Shown: positions 12,401-25,400 of the stretch, in pieces | Layout: every line of letters begins with the position of its first letter | Position numbering within the stretch: the first letter of the stretch is position 1 | NCBI GenBank assembly: GCA_964035545.1 | Contig: OZ037771.1 | Coordinates: 8,177,408 to 8,241,407, forward strand | Length of the DNA: 64,000 nucleotides | Direction: 5' to 3' | From: Bugula neritina | Taxonomy: Eukaryota > Animalia > Bryozoa | The notes under the pieces: model-generated | Told to the model about the DNA's origin: nothing | Databases searched by the model: none | Seen by the model: the letters and a program-made list of their open reading frames with translations, nothing else | Program-made: the position numbers and the translations under genes

Positions 12401-15400
12401 TATACACCTACCCTATAGAGCACCCGGTACTATATACACCTATCCTATAGAGCACCGGGTACTATATACACCTACCCTATAGAGCACCAGGTATCCGCAC
12501 TAGCCTCCGACTTGTCTATACTCTGCCTGTATGACACAAACGCATCGTGGACTTTATTCAGAGTTGAATAACACCTGCCCAGGTAGTACCAGCTCTGGCC
12601 GTTGGTGTTGTCAGCGTCTATGCTCTTCCTCAGGTACTCTATGGCCGTCAGCTCTCTCCGCTCCAGATCTCCAAACGACTCATCACTGTGATACATCCAG
12701 CCTGTGAAACATACACACAGGAAGGGGTGGTGTAAGGAGACACACAACTTCTGGTACTCTGTAGGCTATGCTAGAGGAAGGGCATTTCAACAGCCTGCAC
12801 TTGCCACCAACACATCTCCAGCCAATTACCAGTTCACTCAAACTAAGTGCACACAGATAACTCAAGTTTATCAGCTAAAATATCTTCTCTTATTATAAAA
12901 AAGTTCCCCTCACATTAGTGCAAAAGAGGTTTTATATTATTAAACAGGATAATGTAGGAAATAGATTATACCATTACAATATTCTATGATCTCAACAAAG
13001 AGAATACACCCAAGGTACGGAGTTAATGAGACAATACATGGTTACCATGACAACTAGACTAACTTATTTCCTAAACAGTACTGCGTCATTTTATTATCAT
13101 ATTATCAAGTGTAGATTTATGGAGAAGCAGTTTTACTATTAAAATACATGCAGAAAAGTACTGAATGCTGACCACTGCTCCAGGGGTTGGTTATCTGGAG
13201 AACTACTTTAATATATCACAGCAGAGTTATCCTACATAACCACACACTGCTGTAACCCTAGCACGAATTGTAATTAGAAACCAAGCAACTCTCAACATGG
13301 CACAACAATTGGTCATAAATAAGCTGTACTTGTGAAGCTTTGTTCTGAAACACGAGAACAAGACACTCCAAGTATACTAGACTACCAACTCAAGTTACTG
13401 TGTCAAGTACACTAGACTACCAACTCAAGACACTGTGTCAAGTACACTAGACTATGAACTCAAGATACTGTGTCAAGTACGCTAGACTACCAACTCAAGC
13501 CACACGTTTCAATGTTGAACTCTTTTAATGCCAAGGCTAAATTCAAAATGAGAATTGTCTCCACATATCAAGTATGAAAATAATTTGCTACAAGCATATT
13601 ATGCTGTGTGTGGTAAGTATATTTGTATTTATATTTGCATGCGGATGGTATGTATGTTGGCATGTATGTATGTTTTCGTTCATGTGTGCACATGTATGTA
13701 TGTATGTTGTATGTATGTATGTACATGTATAGATGTATGCTTGTACGCATTCATGTTTATATGAATGTATGTATGTATATATGCACATATGTATATACCT
13801 ATATATGAATGCATGTCCGTATGCATGTTTACATGTATAACTGTATACCACAATGACTTACCCAGCTGCCGATATGCATTAGCCCTGATCTGGTCAGGCA
13901 CACTGGTCCCCTGCAGTAGCTGTTCATACAACATCTTGGCCTGTTTGTTGTCTCCTTGCAGCTCAAACATGTGGGCACCATGAAATCTCACTACACAACA
14001 CAACAAGAAACTACTGCAGTCTTAACACTTCCAACTCTTTTAGCACATTTCAGTTACATGCATGAATCAACAGGAGTAGACTGCTTTGTCTTAGCTGATA
14101 AAGAAGTGAATATAATGCTAAGGCATGTCTTTTCAATGAGTGAAAACAAAACAGGAACATATATTTAAGCTAACACTGGCATATGAATGATCACATGTTA
14201 CTTTTACTACTGGTTTAAGTCTAGTCAGTTTTGCAATGGTAGGAATAGGTTTTTTCACACAATGGCAGGTGTAAAGGTTAGGGGGAACCAAGTACCATAC
14301 ACCCGTGGTTATTCATGCAACATTTTCACAGGAAAATCGGCGCCCCAACATTGAATAAGAAAGTCAACCATTCTATGCTAACTTACCCTCAGCTTTTAGA
14401 AAGGCACTGCTTGAGCTGTCATTTAAAGCTATACGGAAATGCTACAAATAAAAAAGTCATTGTAGCTACCAATGTATACACATAGTAGACTAAGAATGCA
14501 AAATGGTGACTAAACCACTAATAATGCAGAATTGTGACTAAACCGCTAAGAATTTGGAGCAGTGACCTGATTAGTCCAAGCAGTTCTGGTATTTATTCAC
14601 ACAGATAAGATGTTGGTAGTGTCAAACAATACGAGGACAAGATTAATGGAATCCCTGATTTAGCCTCATCTATTGCTACCAGCTCAAGTATGCATAATTC
14701 ACATGCTTCAAGAAACCTTGACAAGAGAATTAGCTACATCAGCTCCCAACAGGGATGAGTGAAGTAATACTTTAGAGAGAATTTACATTCTGCTGGGTTC
14801 AGATAAGGTTAGCTGCTCCTAGGTAACACATCAAGACACCACAAAGCCACTACATTACAGGTGCCAGTTCTTTTAGTCAACCAGGGAGTAAAACAGGATT
14901 TTTAACAAGGATTTTATATATATAGTTTGAGGTAAAACAGTACTAAGAAATGCCTCCTTATAAATGAAGTAGGAGGGGAGATATAACTTATATTGAATGA
15001 CACCCATTAGATTTACTGTCAGAGGTAATGGTCCTTCACCTTTGTGGCTGTTTCATATTCCTTGTTGTTCTTCCTGATGATTCCAATTCTGAAGTGAACG
15101 TCACTGGCTCTTACAAACGTGGGGTTCAAGTACAGGACTTGCTGAAACGTTTGCATGGCCCTACCAAAGCAGATCATATTTAAATATAATAATATATAAT
15201 TATGGTGAATTGTCAGTGGGTAGTCATACGTAGACTTGAGTGCTATTTATAGAATCCAGATTACATCACTACATGATTTATTACATTAGTTTCCGTGTAG
15301 TTGTGAAGTTAAAATAGACATAGACTGAACCCAGGCTTCTTCATGATGTGGAAGTTACTGCATTGCTAAGGGCAGTCTGGGGGGAAAACCTACACACTTA

Positions 15401-18400
15401 TGTACCAGTAAACTGGACCGAATATTTAAAGTTTGACTCTCCTTTTACAGTACAGTGACAATGAAGGAGTAACTTTGTAAATCTCACGAGCAAACAATAA
15501 GATCAAATGCCGGCTACTAGACTCTCTCTGTGTCCATTCAACAGTTGAACACAAACTATAATTGGAATAAATTGTGTCTGCATTTGTGTTATTTACAGTA
15601 AATCTTGTACATCTCTACCCTGTACATCTCTACCCTGTACATATCTACCTAGTATACCTCTACCTAGTATACCTCTACCTAGTATATCTCTACCTAGTAT
15701 ACCTCTATCTAGTACATCTCTACCCTGTACATCTCTACCTAGCATATCTCTACCTAGTACATCTCTACCTAGGTCCTACTATATCACTGCATAGTACATC
15801 TCTACCCTGTACATTTCTACCTAGTATACCTCTACTATACACAATACCACTTGGCCCCTGACTGGGGTAATGGAAGCCCGAGAGCAAATACTAATTATTT
15901 GCCAGGCTATCATAACATAATGCTTTACTTCCACTCCATAATTACAGCACAATGCTTTTACAATACCACGAACTGCGTGATGCTATAAGGAATATACAGC
16001 ATTTGTACTACGATTAGTCTGCACAGTAAATTCACTAACAGTCAGAATTAATGCCAACATTATACAGCTGATCAGCTGGGAGTAGGTTGGAGGTATGCTA
16101 ACCTGGGCATTATCTAGTCTAACCTCAGAGCCGGCCACAACACAATACAACTGTCATTAACCCGATGAAACCTGATATATTGTTGAGACTGTACTCTGTT
16201 AAATGACTGCTAATACATTCACCCTATAGTTTTCTTTGGGCTAGAAATTAGTTGCTAGTTGTGCTGCCTGTTGCCACCAACTATACAAGAAAATATTATC
16301 TTAATGGACTCACTTTATAGTCACTATCTCTGTGAGAAACCCCTGATGGAAAGGGTTTTTTCAAAGCGAGCTAAAGACTTTGAATAGAACACCTTTCCAT
16401 CAGAGAATATTATCATAAAAGGACTTGGAAATTCCAGTAATTCCAGTAACGCCCTTCTGACCAAGTTATGTGACCAGCTGAAGACAGTTTGATTGAAGTT
16501 GTGATATGATTTTTCCACAGCCCCACCCATAAAACTGTATGTAAACACATACCACTGGTCCTGGTTGAAGTGGGAATAGACAATGCCAAGGCCATAGAGG
16601 AAATTGATGTTCTGCTCACAGGTCTGGTCCATATTGTAGTATTTTTGGTATGCAGACATGGCTGAAACACAAAGCATTATATTGATGTTAGTAACGAAAC
16701 GAAATATACAAATGGGTGTCCACTATTCTGAGTTTTCGTGACTCAATTGCATCAGAACAGAGTTTTATTTCTCAGGCTTGCATTATAGCCGCTATTTTCA
16801 TGTAGAATGTAAATTCATTGATGCAATAGAGAGCTAACCAAACGCACATAGATATAATATAGTCAAAGCATTGAACCATTGCCCACAGGGAGATCCCACC
16901 AACCATTACAACTTCCCTTGGCTTGCTGGACATCTATGGGATGTTGGATTTTTGTTTCCTCATTGAAAATAATCCCTCCATCATGCTTACATTAGCATAT
17001 TATTTTAATAGAATTACATGAGTTTGATTATTGGTCATTGCAATCTAATTTCTTGGCAAGAATTTCCCAATTGCACTTTTATTGGCCAGTAGGAAAGACA
17101 TCAACAGTGCAATTCCTTGATTCAATGTTGCGACACCAACACATGTCATCAGTCTTACTGGATCATAAAACAACACCCAGCGGTTCCATTTACTATGAAT
17201 GAATTTCCTGATAATCAAAATTTCCACCCTTTATAGGTTCAGGACAGATGCCAATATTGTGTGAGTAAGCAAAAGCTCAGTGAGTGAGTCAGTAGATAAT
17301 TAGAGTCAGTTGTAGGACTGGACTGGGTGGGTGTTGTAACTGTATACTGAGGTGTGTACTACAGCACACACTACAGTACTGTAGTACAACAGAATACATT
17401 ACAGTACTGTGTACTAAAACCCTTACTACAGTATGCACTACAGCATTGTGTACTACAACTATTACTACAGTATGTACTACGGTACTGTGTACTACAACTC
17501 TTACTACAGTATGTACTACAGTACTGTGTACTACAACTCTTACTACAGTATGTACTACAGCAATATGCACTACAGCAATGTGCACATATATACGTATATT
17601 ACAGCCAAGTATGGGCTGAAACTAATGATGAATCAGGCTCAGTCTAAGGAATATCACAGAAAATGAAACTAAAAGGTTAGATTTACACCTAAAAGCAAAA
17701 CCTACTATCATTTTACTGCATTCATTACATGTGACTCACCCAAACAACTTTAAAGAAGTACTTATTTCAATAAAGCAAATACCTGCTGTGTCAATAGTCA
17801 TGTAGTCACACTGTGAAAGTGTATTGCTGTGTCTAACAAGTAACAAAGCATACCTTTGGGGAAATCCTCAAGTAAGAGCTGGATGTGACCAAGGGAACAG
17901 AGGAGGGTAGACGAGGGGGGAGTGTTGAGTTTAGTACTTCTAATCAGCTCATTCTCCAGACTTTGTGCACCCTGATACAAAAATACAGCCCAATATATTC
18001 ACCAGCAACATTCTAACATTCTAATTCAAGTATCAAGTACAAGTTAGTTGTTGAGGAGATGATAACAATAGACAGACTGATGGCAAGAGAATCTTTCTTC
18101 AGATGGTTGCTGCATCAATTGATATGCTAAAGTGTGGAGTTGAAGTAGGTAAGGCGAGATAAGAAATTAGCATACCTCAGTATTGTAAGTAAACCATGAT
18201 GGCAGGGTTGGCTGTGAGATGTCTAGGCAATGAATGAACTAGCTAAACTTACAGTCAATGCTCAGTGGGTCAATGGTAATTAGTTGTGCATTTGACAGTT
18301 TGGACTATATTATATAATGCTGACGAAGTAATAGCCCAGGGAAGTGAGGGGAGAAACACACTAAAAGTACACATACCTTGACAAGGAGCATTCGCTTGGC

Positions 18401-19418
18401 TGATCCTTCAGCCGTATTGAACAGGTCAATCTGTCCATATAAAGTACTAAAAATGTAAAATCAGAGGGAAATATCACAGACATGCATTTTGGTCAACTAT
18501 ATTTGTAAGAGTTATAAAATCTCATTGTATAAATTCAACATGTGCCAAAGATGACCAAGTGAATGGTTATTGAATTATATTAGGGGCCAAGCAGTCTCAT
18601 GGTAGGTAGATACTTGAGTATCAGAAGTGTATCTCCACCGAATATACTACAATCAATAGAGACAGCGAATAAAGGAAAAATCAATGAGCCCAATGAAAGG
18701 CAGTGTAGTACATTCCACACTACGGATGTGAATGAAATCAAGAGTGTAGGGCGAGTAGGCTTGTGCTTAAAATAGACATATAGTAGCGGAGAGAAAGGCG
18801 TATGCACTCAGTCACGTAGGCATCTAGGGTACTAGTGCTAATGGGCTAAGAACGTACTAAGAAAAGCCTGATAACCAGTCTACTCTATTGCATGTACACT
18901 TTAGTATGGATTACAACATTCATATAATTATAAAGTAGAGCAGGAATGTACACCTTCCAACAGGAGTTGGTTGCCAAGCATTCCTACAGACTGTTGGGCA
19001 TAAAACCACGACGTGATTAATCTTGCACATACTCTATATTGGCATGAGAACATCTGAATGACTTATTTGGAAGTCTCGGATTTAAATGACGCAACCACAG
19101 CTTAGTCATCTGGATAACCAGATTCTGGAATCAGTAGGTCAGGAAACGCAAAGCTACTGGTTCCCATTAACAACTAGTAGTATTTATTTTGGAGAACTCA
19201 ATCCTATTGGGTGTTGGAAATAGTTCTTACTCTGTTGCTGAATATCTGGACAAAATATTTCAGCTTTTTATTTTATCAATGAACATTTAGTAACATGGCA
19301 CAACATTGTGCTCACTTTAGCTTTAAATATATGCAGCTGAAACATACCTGTCAAAGCTTTTCAGTTTTTCCATTTCAGCCGGAGTAAGTTCATTGTCCAG
19401 TGGTTGCTCTAGAGTCAT
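3484..19418 (-). CDS. KDM6A: Lysine-specific demethylase 6A/UTX (TPR + JmjC + Zn finger), ~24 coding exons, ~1100-1150 aa
   Basis: ATG at 19418 ([24 protein letters not shown]). TPR exons include [42 protein letters not shown] and [21 protein letters not shown]. Also [29 protein letters not shown], Jmj[23 protein letters not shown]...[10 protein letters not shown] and [19 protein letters not shown] (Fe ligands H-x-E...H intact), and Zn finger HYCFSCE...YCIDCA. The C-terminus either splices 3795->3495 (stop 3484) or reads through to a stop at 3666. Confidence 0.97.
3933..4400. repeat. 28-bp minisatellite, ~17 copies, containing the KDM6A 3' splice site
   Basis: Unit ATCTAGTACTACAACATATAAGATATAC; on the minus strand it contains ttatatgttgtag|TACTAGAT, the acceptor plus the first exon bases. 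Confidence 0.95.
5170..5412. repeat. 20-bp intronic minisatellite (ACTATGACACATTATACAAT), ~12 copies
   Basis: Direct tandem copies visible in a KDM6A intron. Confidence 0.9.
7609..7716. repeat. 19-bp intronic minisatellite (CTGTGACATACTGTATGTA), ~5-6 copies
   Basis: Tandem copies ~40 bp from a KDM6A donor. Confidence 0.85.
10625..10834 (+). mobile_element. tRNA-derived SINE, full-length copy
   Basis: Pol III A box (TGGTCTAAGGG) and B box (GGTTCGAACCC), then a body (GGCCATTGGTGATGTTAGGAAGAG...TCTCACAGGGATAGCGACTATAAACTTG) shared with copies at 23893 and 41078. Confidence 0.88.
12360..12493. repeat. 32-bp tandem repeat (4 copies) spanning a KDM6A 5' splice site
   Basis: Unit TATATACACCTACCCTATAGAGCACCAGGTAC; the CCTA(C/T)CCTATAG core recurs at 12375, 12407, 12439 and 12471. 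The copy at 12471 is the real exon end (WCSIG|gtaggt). Confidence 0.92.
13360..13499. repeat. 35-bp intronic minisatellite, ~4 copies
   Basis: (A/G)CTAGACTA recurs at 13376, 13411, 13446 and 13481. Confidence 0.9.
13610..13850. repeat. Degenerate (TATG)n microsatellite next to a KDM6A donor
   Basis: gtatgtatgt runs; these produce several spurious ORFs in the track. Confidence 0.85.
15596..15840. repeat. 15-bp intronic minisatellite (CTAGTACATCTCTAC)
   Basis: More than 12 tandem copies. Confidence 0.9.
16309..16390 (-). mobile_element. 3' fragment of the tRNA-derived SINE
   Basis: TTTATAGTCACTATCTCTGTGAGAAACCCCTGATGGAAAGGGTT matches the 3' end of the other copies. Confidence 0.75.
17355..17580. 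repeat. TACTACAG-based intronic minisatellite
   Basis: Repeated TACTACAGTATGTACTACAGTACTGTG blocks. Confidence 0.85.
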
Positions 19419-22405
19419 GGTGTCTAAATTCAAAAAATGTACCCAATTTTATAAAAAAGCAATGAATTATAACAAATCTTAAATATAAATTCAACTAGTC
19501 AAGAAGTGTTGAAAAAAAAACATTTAAAACTTAGAGCATGACTGTTAAGAGAAAATATGTAAATATAGCGCAACTTGCAGCGCTACGCATCGCAGAACAG
19601 CAAAGTTAAAATAGAGTAGTAAGCACAATACACATATATAACAATACACACTTTTTGTGTGTGTGAAAAAGGTGTAAAAAAAGGAAAATCAAAATTCAAC
19701 TCATTAACACCAGAGTTAGTTAAAATGTCAACTTAGTAGGTACTTCTGTAATAAAATTTGTCCATCAACAGCATTATTTAACTTTATTGATTACAAATGA
19801 TTTAACAAAAAAAAATAATTTGGGTTATAAACTATTTTTACAGTAAGACAAAAAACAAAGCAGAAGGAGCTGCAAAACCTTGTTTAGAATTGGTAAAAAA
19901 CACAAACTCACACTACTATGCACCAATTACAACCATAATATTAAATCTAAATGTAATATTTTTATTTTACTACTGTACAATTTATTTAAAGTATGAATAG
20001 CTATAGATAAATATTCATATAGTAGTACTACGTACTAACAAATAGTAACACTAATACTAATATTAGTAACATAAAATAGTAGTGCTAATAATAGTATTAT
20101 TATTTGCATTTGCTTTCAGATTAATGATGGATTAGTGCATTAATTTCAACTGTCAGCCTTGACTATTACAATTATCGCACTTATGCTGTCTCACGGATTC
20201 ACATAGCCAATACTAGTAGTACTAAATTTACTATTAAAATTAGACATAGCTTTGGAGTAAATCAAGACATAATCAAAGCTAAAGCTCTAAAAAATGGTCT
20301 TGATGACTGTAACTGTAGCACTAATAGTAATAGCCAATAGATAGTGACTATTAAGAACTGAATAGTCAAGAGTGAAAACTTTAGCCAAACATTACAATAT
20401 TAGGTCAGTAAGTGTGGTCAAAACTGTAACTTTAAGTTCGTAGCTACATTTACACTTAGTCTTACTCCTATGCAGCCCAATGGCAAAAGACAATAAGCAT
20501 AGTCATACTAATTGCTTTAATAGCAATTAACACTAGCAATAACCCCACTGTATTATGACTTGTCTTATATGTAATCATTTTCATGAATACTATTCACTTT
20601 TGTCTTAGGCTTTACATTGCTTCTGAGTACTGTAATTGCCATTGTAATTGTTACTATAAACAAAATAATATTATAAACCTTAAACTCTGTCTTACTCTAA
20701 CTGTTTCTCTTACTCTTGGGCTCAAGTTGAAGAAAAAATAAAATAAAAAATAATTTCAGTAAGTATCATTATAGTTATACTCAATGTCATTATAATATGA
20801 ATAATATTATTGGTGATGCCCATAGACTTGGTCATACCCATACTGATACTGATAGCCATAAACATACTCATATATAAATATTAGCCCACGACTATAATGA
20901 TACCGACAATCATAATATTTTAATAATAATCATGATCATAACGATAATGATGTTTATAATATTAATAATAGTTATAATAATTATTATATTATTAAATACT
21001 ATTTGTTTATGTTGTGAAGGTTACATAGATGACACATTCAATGGTAATGGCTCACCATTTACATCAGCAACTAAGTAGCAAAGCCTTGAGGTTGATGAGT
21101 AAACCACAAGGAGTTACACTTACTGTTAGGAAGGCTGGCCAGCCAATTTACTATTTAGTAACAATATTAATAGTCAATTAAGATCAATGTCATAGAGTTA
21201 CTGTCAGCCACTGACTTTGACCACCACTAATCAACTTCAAGTAAAAGTGAATACACTTCAAGTCAATTAATAGTAATTGAATTTGATAAAATAAATACAT
21301 TATTAAACAGTACGAGTATCAGGATCAGTATGAGTATGACTATAACTATTTTACTTACAGTTACTATTCAAATATTAATATTAAATAATTATATTTATAA
21401 TATTAATATTATTAATAACATTAACATAAAATTTAATATTCAGCTTATTTTTAAATTTAATAACTATTTTAATTTATTTATACTAATTCAAATTGTAGTT
21501 TACTAGTTATCACTAATACTAATACTAATACTAATAGTAATAGTAATACTAATAATAATAACACTAATAAATTCGCTCATAATATTTAGAATACATGTTA
21601 CTAAGTCGAATAACACTCGCCTTGTATTACGTTATTACACAGGTGTTTTTAGGAAACCCACTTAGAGCTGAAACTGGGAGCATCGGTAGTTGACAACTGA
21701 TCTTGGAGTTTTAAGTTTCTGCTAAAAATATTGAGTAGCCTTAGTTTTTTATCTCAGTACTTAGTTTGCTTGACTGATCTGGACTTATCAAAACCCGCCC
21801 ACATTATAACCGATAAAATAAAAATCGTTGTACTAAACTTGATAAGAAAGAAAGTGTAGAAATAGGCTACCATCAAAAGGAAAACAATAGCAGTAGAAAT
21901 AGTATTTCCTGATTTTTTTAAAAATATCATTTGTAGTTTTTTTTTAAAGTTTAATAAATAAATAATTTAATTATTTAAAATTTAAATTGTTAAAGGTTTC
22001 ACTCTTAATTGATTTGTCTCACATGCGTCTTTAGTTATGTAAAATAAGGTACAAAGATTTTACGAGCTCTGTAAGACTGCATATATTCAAGCCTCAGCTG
22101 TTTCCTCTATAAACATAAGCGGTCGCTTTAAACATTCATTCAAATAACAACACTGTCTTTAAGATTTTGTTGTAGGTGTAATTTAGGAATATTACTATAT
22201 CTACAAGCGACTGGGCTAAGCATACAATTGCATTGCTGTAATATAAATATGTTTTGATGATCATATTCATCATGATATAAAAATTGGTTTATATCCTATT
22301 AGTATTACTATTTTACCCAGCACTGCCACTAGCACTAGCAGTAGCCTAGGACTAGCAGTACCTCAAGCTGAAGCTGCACTCTGAATTTAGTTTTACCCGA
22401 GGCCG
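19419..22405. promoter_or_regulatory. Bidirectional promoter / 5' UTR region shared by KDM6A (-) and RTTN (+)
   Basis: Start codons are divergent and ~3 kb apart. GC box CCCGCCC at 21794-21800, X-box-like GTTTTTAGGAAAC at 21645-21657, and an acceptor just upstream of the KDM6A ATG implying non-coding 5' exon(s). TSS positions are inferred. Confidence 0.6.
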
Positions 22406-25400
22406 ATGGAAACCAGGTCTACTTCCAGTGTGAGTGTTAAACTTACTGTTAAAGCTGATGGTGATCCTGATAAAACTATTCATGCTACGCCTACTGTTAG
22501 GAATTTTGTGAACAAGCTTGGTAAGTACGGAGTCGAAAGTATAAATTATTCATTAAATTTAATGAATAAATTTAAAAATAATATTAATATTACCATTATC
22601 CAAAGTGATACTCAATCTCATAGTCATAATGATAATCATAATGTTACACTTAGTCTTACCGGCTACTCATACTATCACATACATGATACTGCTAGTACTA
22701 TTTCAATTTGTACTGCTCTGTACACTGTCTGTACTTTGTGGTATCTAAAATGAGACTAAGAACAAGGCGTAGGCTTAGGTCTAAACTTAAGCTTGAGCTT
22801 AAAGGTAAAACTAAAAGCCAACACCCTGTCAACAGTAATTCAGTCTCACTAACAATGAGAAGTTAGGGTTACTGTAAGTGTAATACTAACATTAGCTGTA
22901 AGACTAAGTCACCAATGCCAGCTCAGATATTGTAGTATTACTAGCAGTAGAAGTAACTGAAATTTTGAAAGTTAAATGTAAAACTAAACGTCACACTTAA
23001 CCTTAGTCTTTCACTTACAATCCTACAATGAGTCAAACTAATGTAACAGTAACAGTACCCTTAGCTTTGCAATTAATTTAAGGTTTTGATGAATTGAACT
23101 TAAAGCGAACCAAAATTGTGATACTGATTATCATAGAGCTGTTACTTATTTATGTAAGTATTAAATATTGTATAAGTATTTGTATAATCATTATATTATA
23201 TACTATAGCAAATAATAATGTCATAGATAAAATATGATTACATAATAAGCAATTTAAGTTTTTTTATTCTAGTGTTGTTATACAATTAAATGTCTTATGC
23301 CTATGACAATAGCTAAAGAGGCATGTGTCTTTTGGTAAAAATTTGAAAGTTCAACATTTTCATAAAGATTAACCATACAATTACAAAATATATATATGTA
23401 TATAATTTAATAACATCAATTAAACATTTTTTTCCTTGTTATTGAGCTGTAAGTTGTGAAAAATTAAGTTGTTAATTGATTTCTCTATTATCTTTATATG
23501 TTTTGTATTTGTGTTGCTTCACTTCAAGAAATTCTTCAAAAAGGTTTTTACATGCCTAGTTAATCCCATATGGAGTATAAAATACCCCTATACCCAATTC
23601 AATGATCAAAATATAAACTGTGAAAACTAATAGTTTTGATATTGGCATGAACAAAGACAAATTTGTGTTTTTGTTTTAATATCTTTTTTGTGTGTCATTT
23701 TGATAAGAAATTTGGAATGCAGAAATTTGGATTTATTTTCAATTTTAGTAAAGCAGAAAGCTTTCATAATGAGTAATAACATATATCTTGTCCCAGAAAT
23801 TACCCCAAGACTACAATCTTCAAAGTTGCTAACTATTTTGGTTTGGTTTACTATTTTCTATGTTGTTGGACATGTTAATTGTGTGTGAAAAAACTCACAC
23901 AAGTTTATAGTCACTATCCCTGTGAGAAAACCCTAATGGAAGGGGTTGTTAAATTGGGATAAGCACTTATGTAGATGAGGCACAGGAGTAATTATGACTG
24001 GATGCTCTTCCTAACATCATCAATGGCCTTTACTGGGTCTCGAACCCATTATTTTGTGTTTACTAGGCAAGCGCTCTAACCCCTAGACCACAGCTGCTCT
24101 CTTATTGTATTGTATGTATGTGAGATATCTTTAATTAAAGCTACACTTATTGGGCTATCTAGCAAAAATACAACTAGTCTATTTAATTAGACTCTCTTCT
24201 TTAAAATATGTTTTAAAGTTGTTCCAATTTAAAGAGCAAGTAACATTGTATGATTTTGAAGAATGCTTTCCACACTTGACTTTTAACAGGAAAATTAGTT
24301 TTACAGACACATTTGTTTAGGTTTGTTCAAGTTTAAAGCAGAGTTGAGCCTAGTTTGTGAAATAATTACTTCTTTTCCTTTGCACATTGTCACACCATGT
24401 GCCTGTGATGTGACTGTGATTTACAGAGTCATGTGACAAAAATATAATACTTTTATTGGTTCAACAAGCCAAGTTTGGCTGGTGATGAGAAGAGCTCAAT
24501 TGGGAGTTATTTGCTCAATCATATTCAATAGATCACAATCAAGAAGAAGTAAGAATAAGAGCCTTAGATAATATCATCAATAAGTTGAGTTATGGTATCG
24601 TCTCCTCCCTTGATCTTGCCTGTGATCATACTTTGATCTCTAAACTTCTAAACTGGCTGCAGAGGCCTTCAACCATCAGACAGGCAGAATGTCTCCGGCT
24701 ACTTCTACAATTGTGTAATGTAAGTAAGCTTCATTAAAACATTGGTTTTTTTATTTTTTTCTATTGCTAAGGAGAAAATATACCATTTTGCAATGTTTAG
24801 CTTTCCTATACGGAGCAGGCAAACAGCCACTATATTAAACTCATAAGTTTTGTCTTTAGTTGAGTTGGTGTAATTTGAGTTTTTTGCATTGTGGATATAT
24901 TATTCTGGGGCAGGAGCAGCACACTATAATCATGGGCATTTGCTAGTAGGTTAGCCTATTACTAAACTACTGCTCACAAAGCTCTTTTTACTTTTTGGCC
25001 TCAGAGGTAAATATCTTGTATTTTGGCTGCTTATACCCCAGATGTGTAGAGTATGTAGTTATGTGATGCAGGAGGAGGTTGCTTGCAATACCGCGGTCAG
25101 TCTTGGTGGAGTCCAGACCCTCCAGTCACTCAAGAGTGAGTCTACAGGTGAATGCCAGACTATCATAGATGAAATCTTAGGAAAGATATACATCACCTGC
25201 ACCTACGTTACACAGCCAGAAGGCAGCTCAAACCCGACAGCATACAAACCTTCTGCACAAAAACCAGTTCATCCAGATCACTCATCATTTTCTAGAAGCA
25301 GTATGTTTTCTCTTCCACCTTGTCATGAATTTTAGTGAGATTGTTTAAGTGTTTTAGCATACAATACCGCACTACCGGCAACAGTTTTTTGTTAAACTTG

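Noticed and set aside
13041-13054. X-box-like GTTACCATGACAAC
   Set aside because: Isolated motif deep in a KDM6A intron with no supporting context.
13555-13983. Cluster of Y/I/H/T/C-rich ORFs in the ORF track (also at 15574, 17289-17666, 36066-36465, 40398-40727)
   Set aside because: They are translations of intronic micro/minisatellites, not genes.
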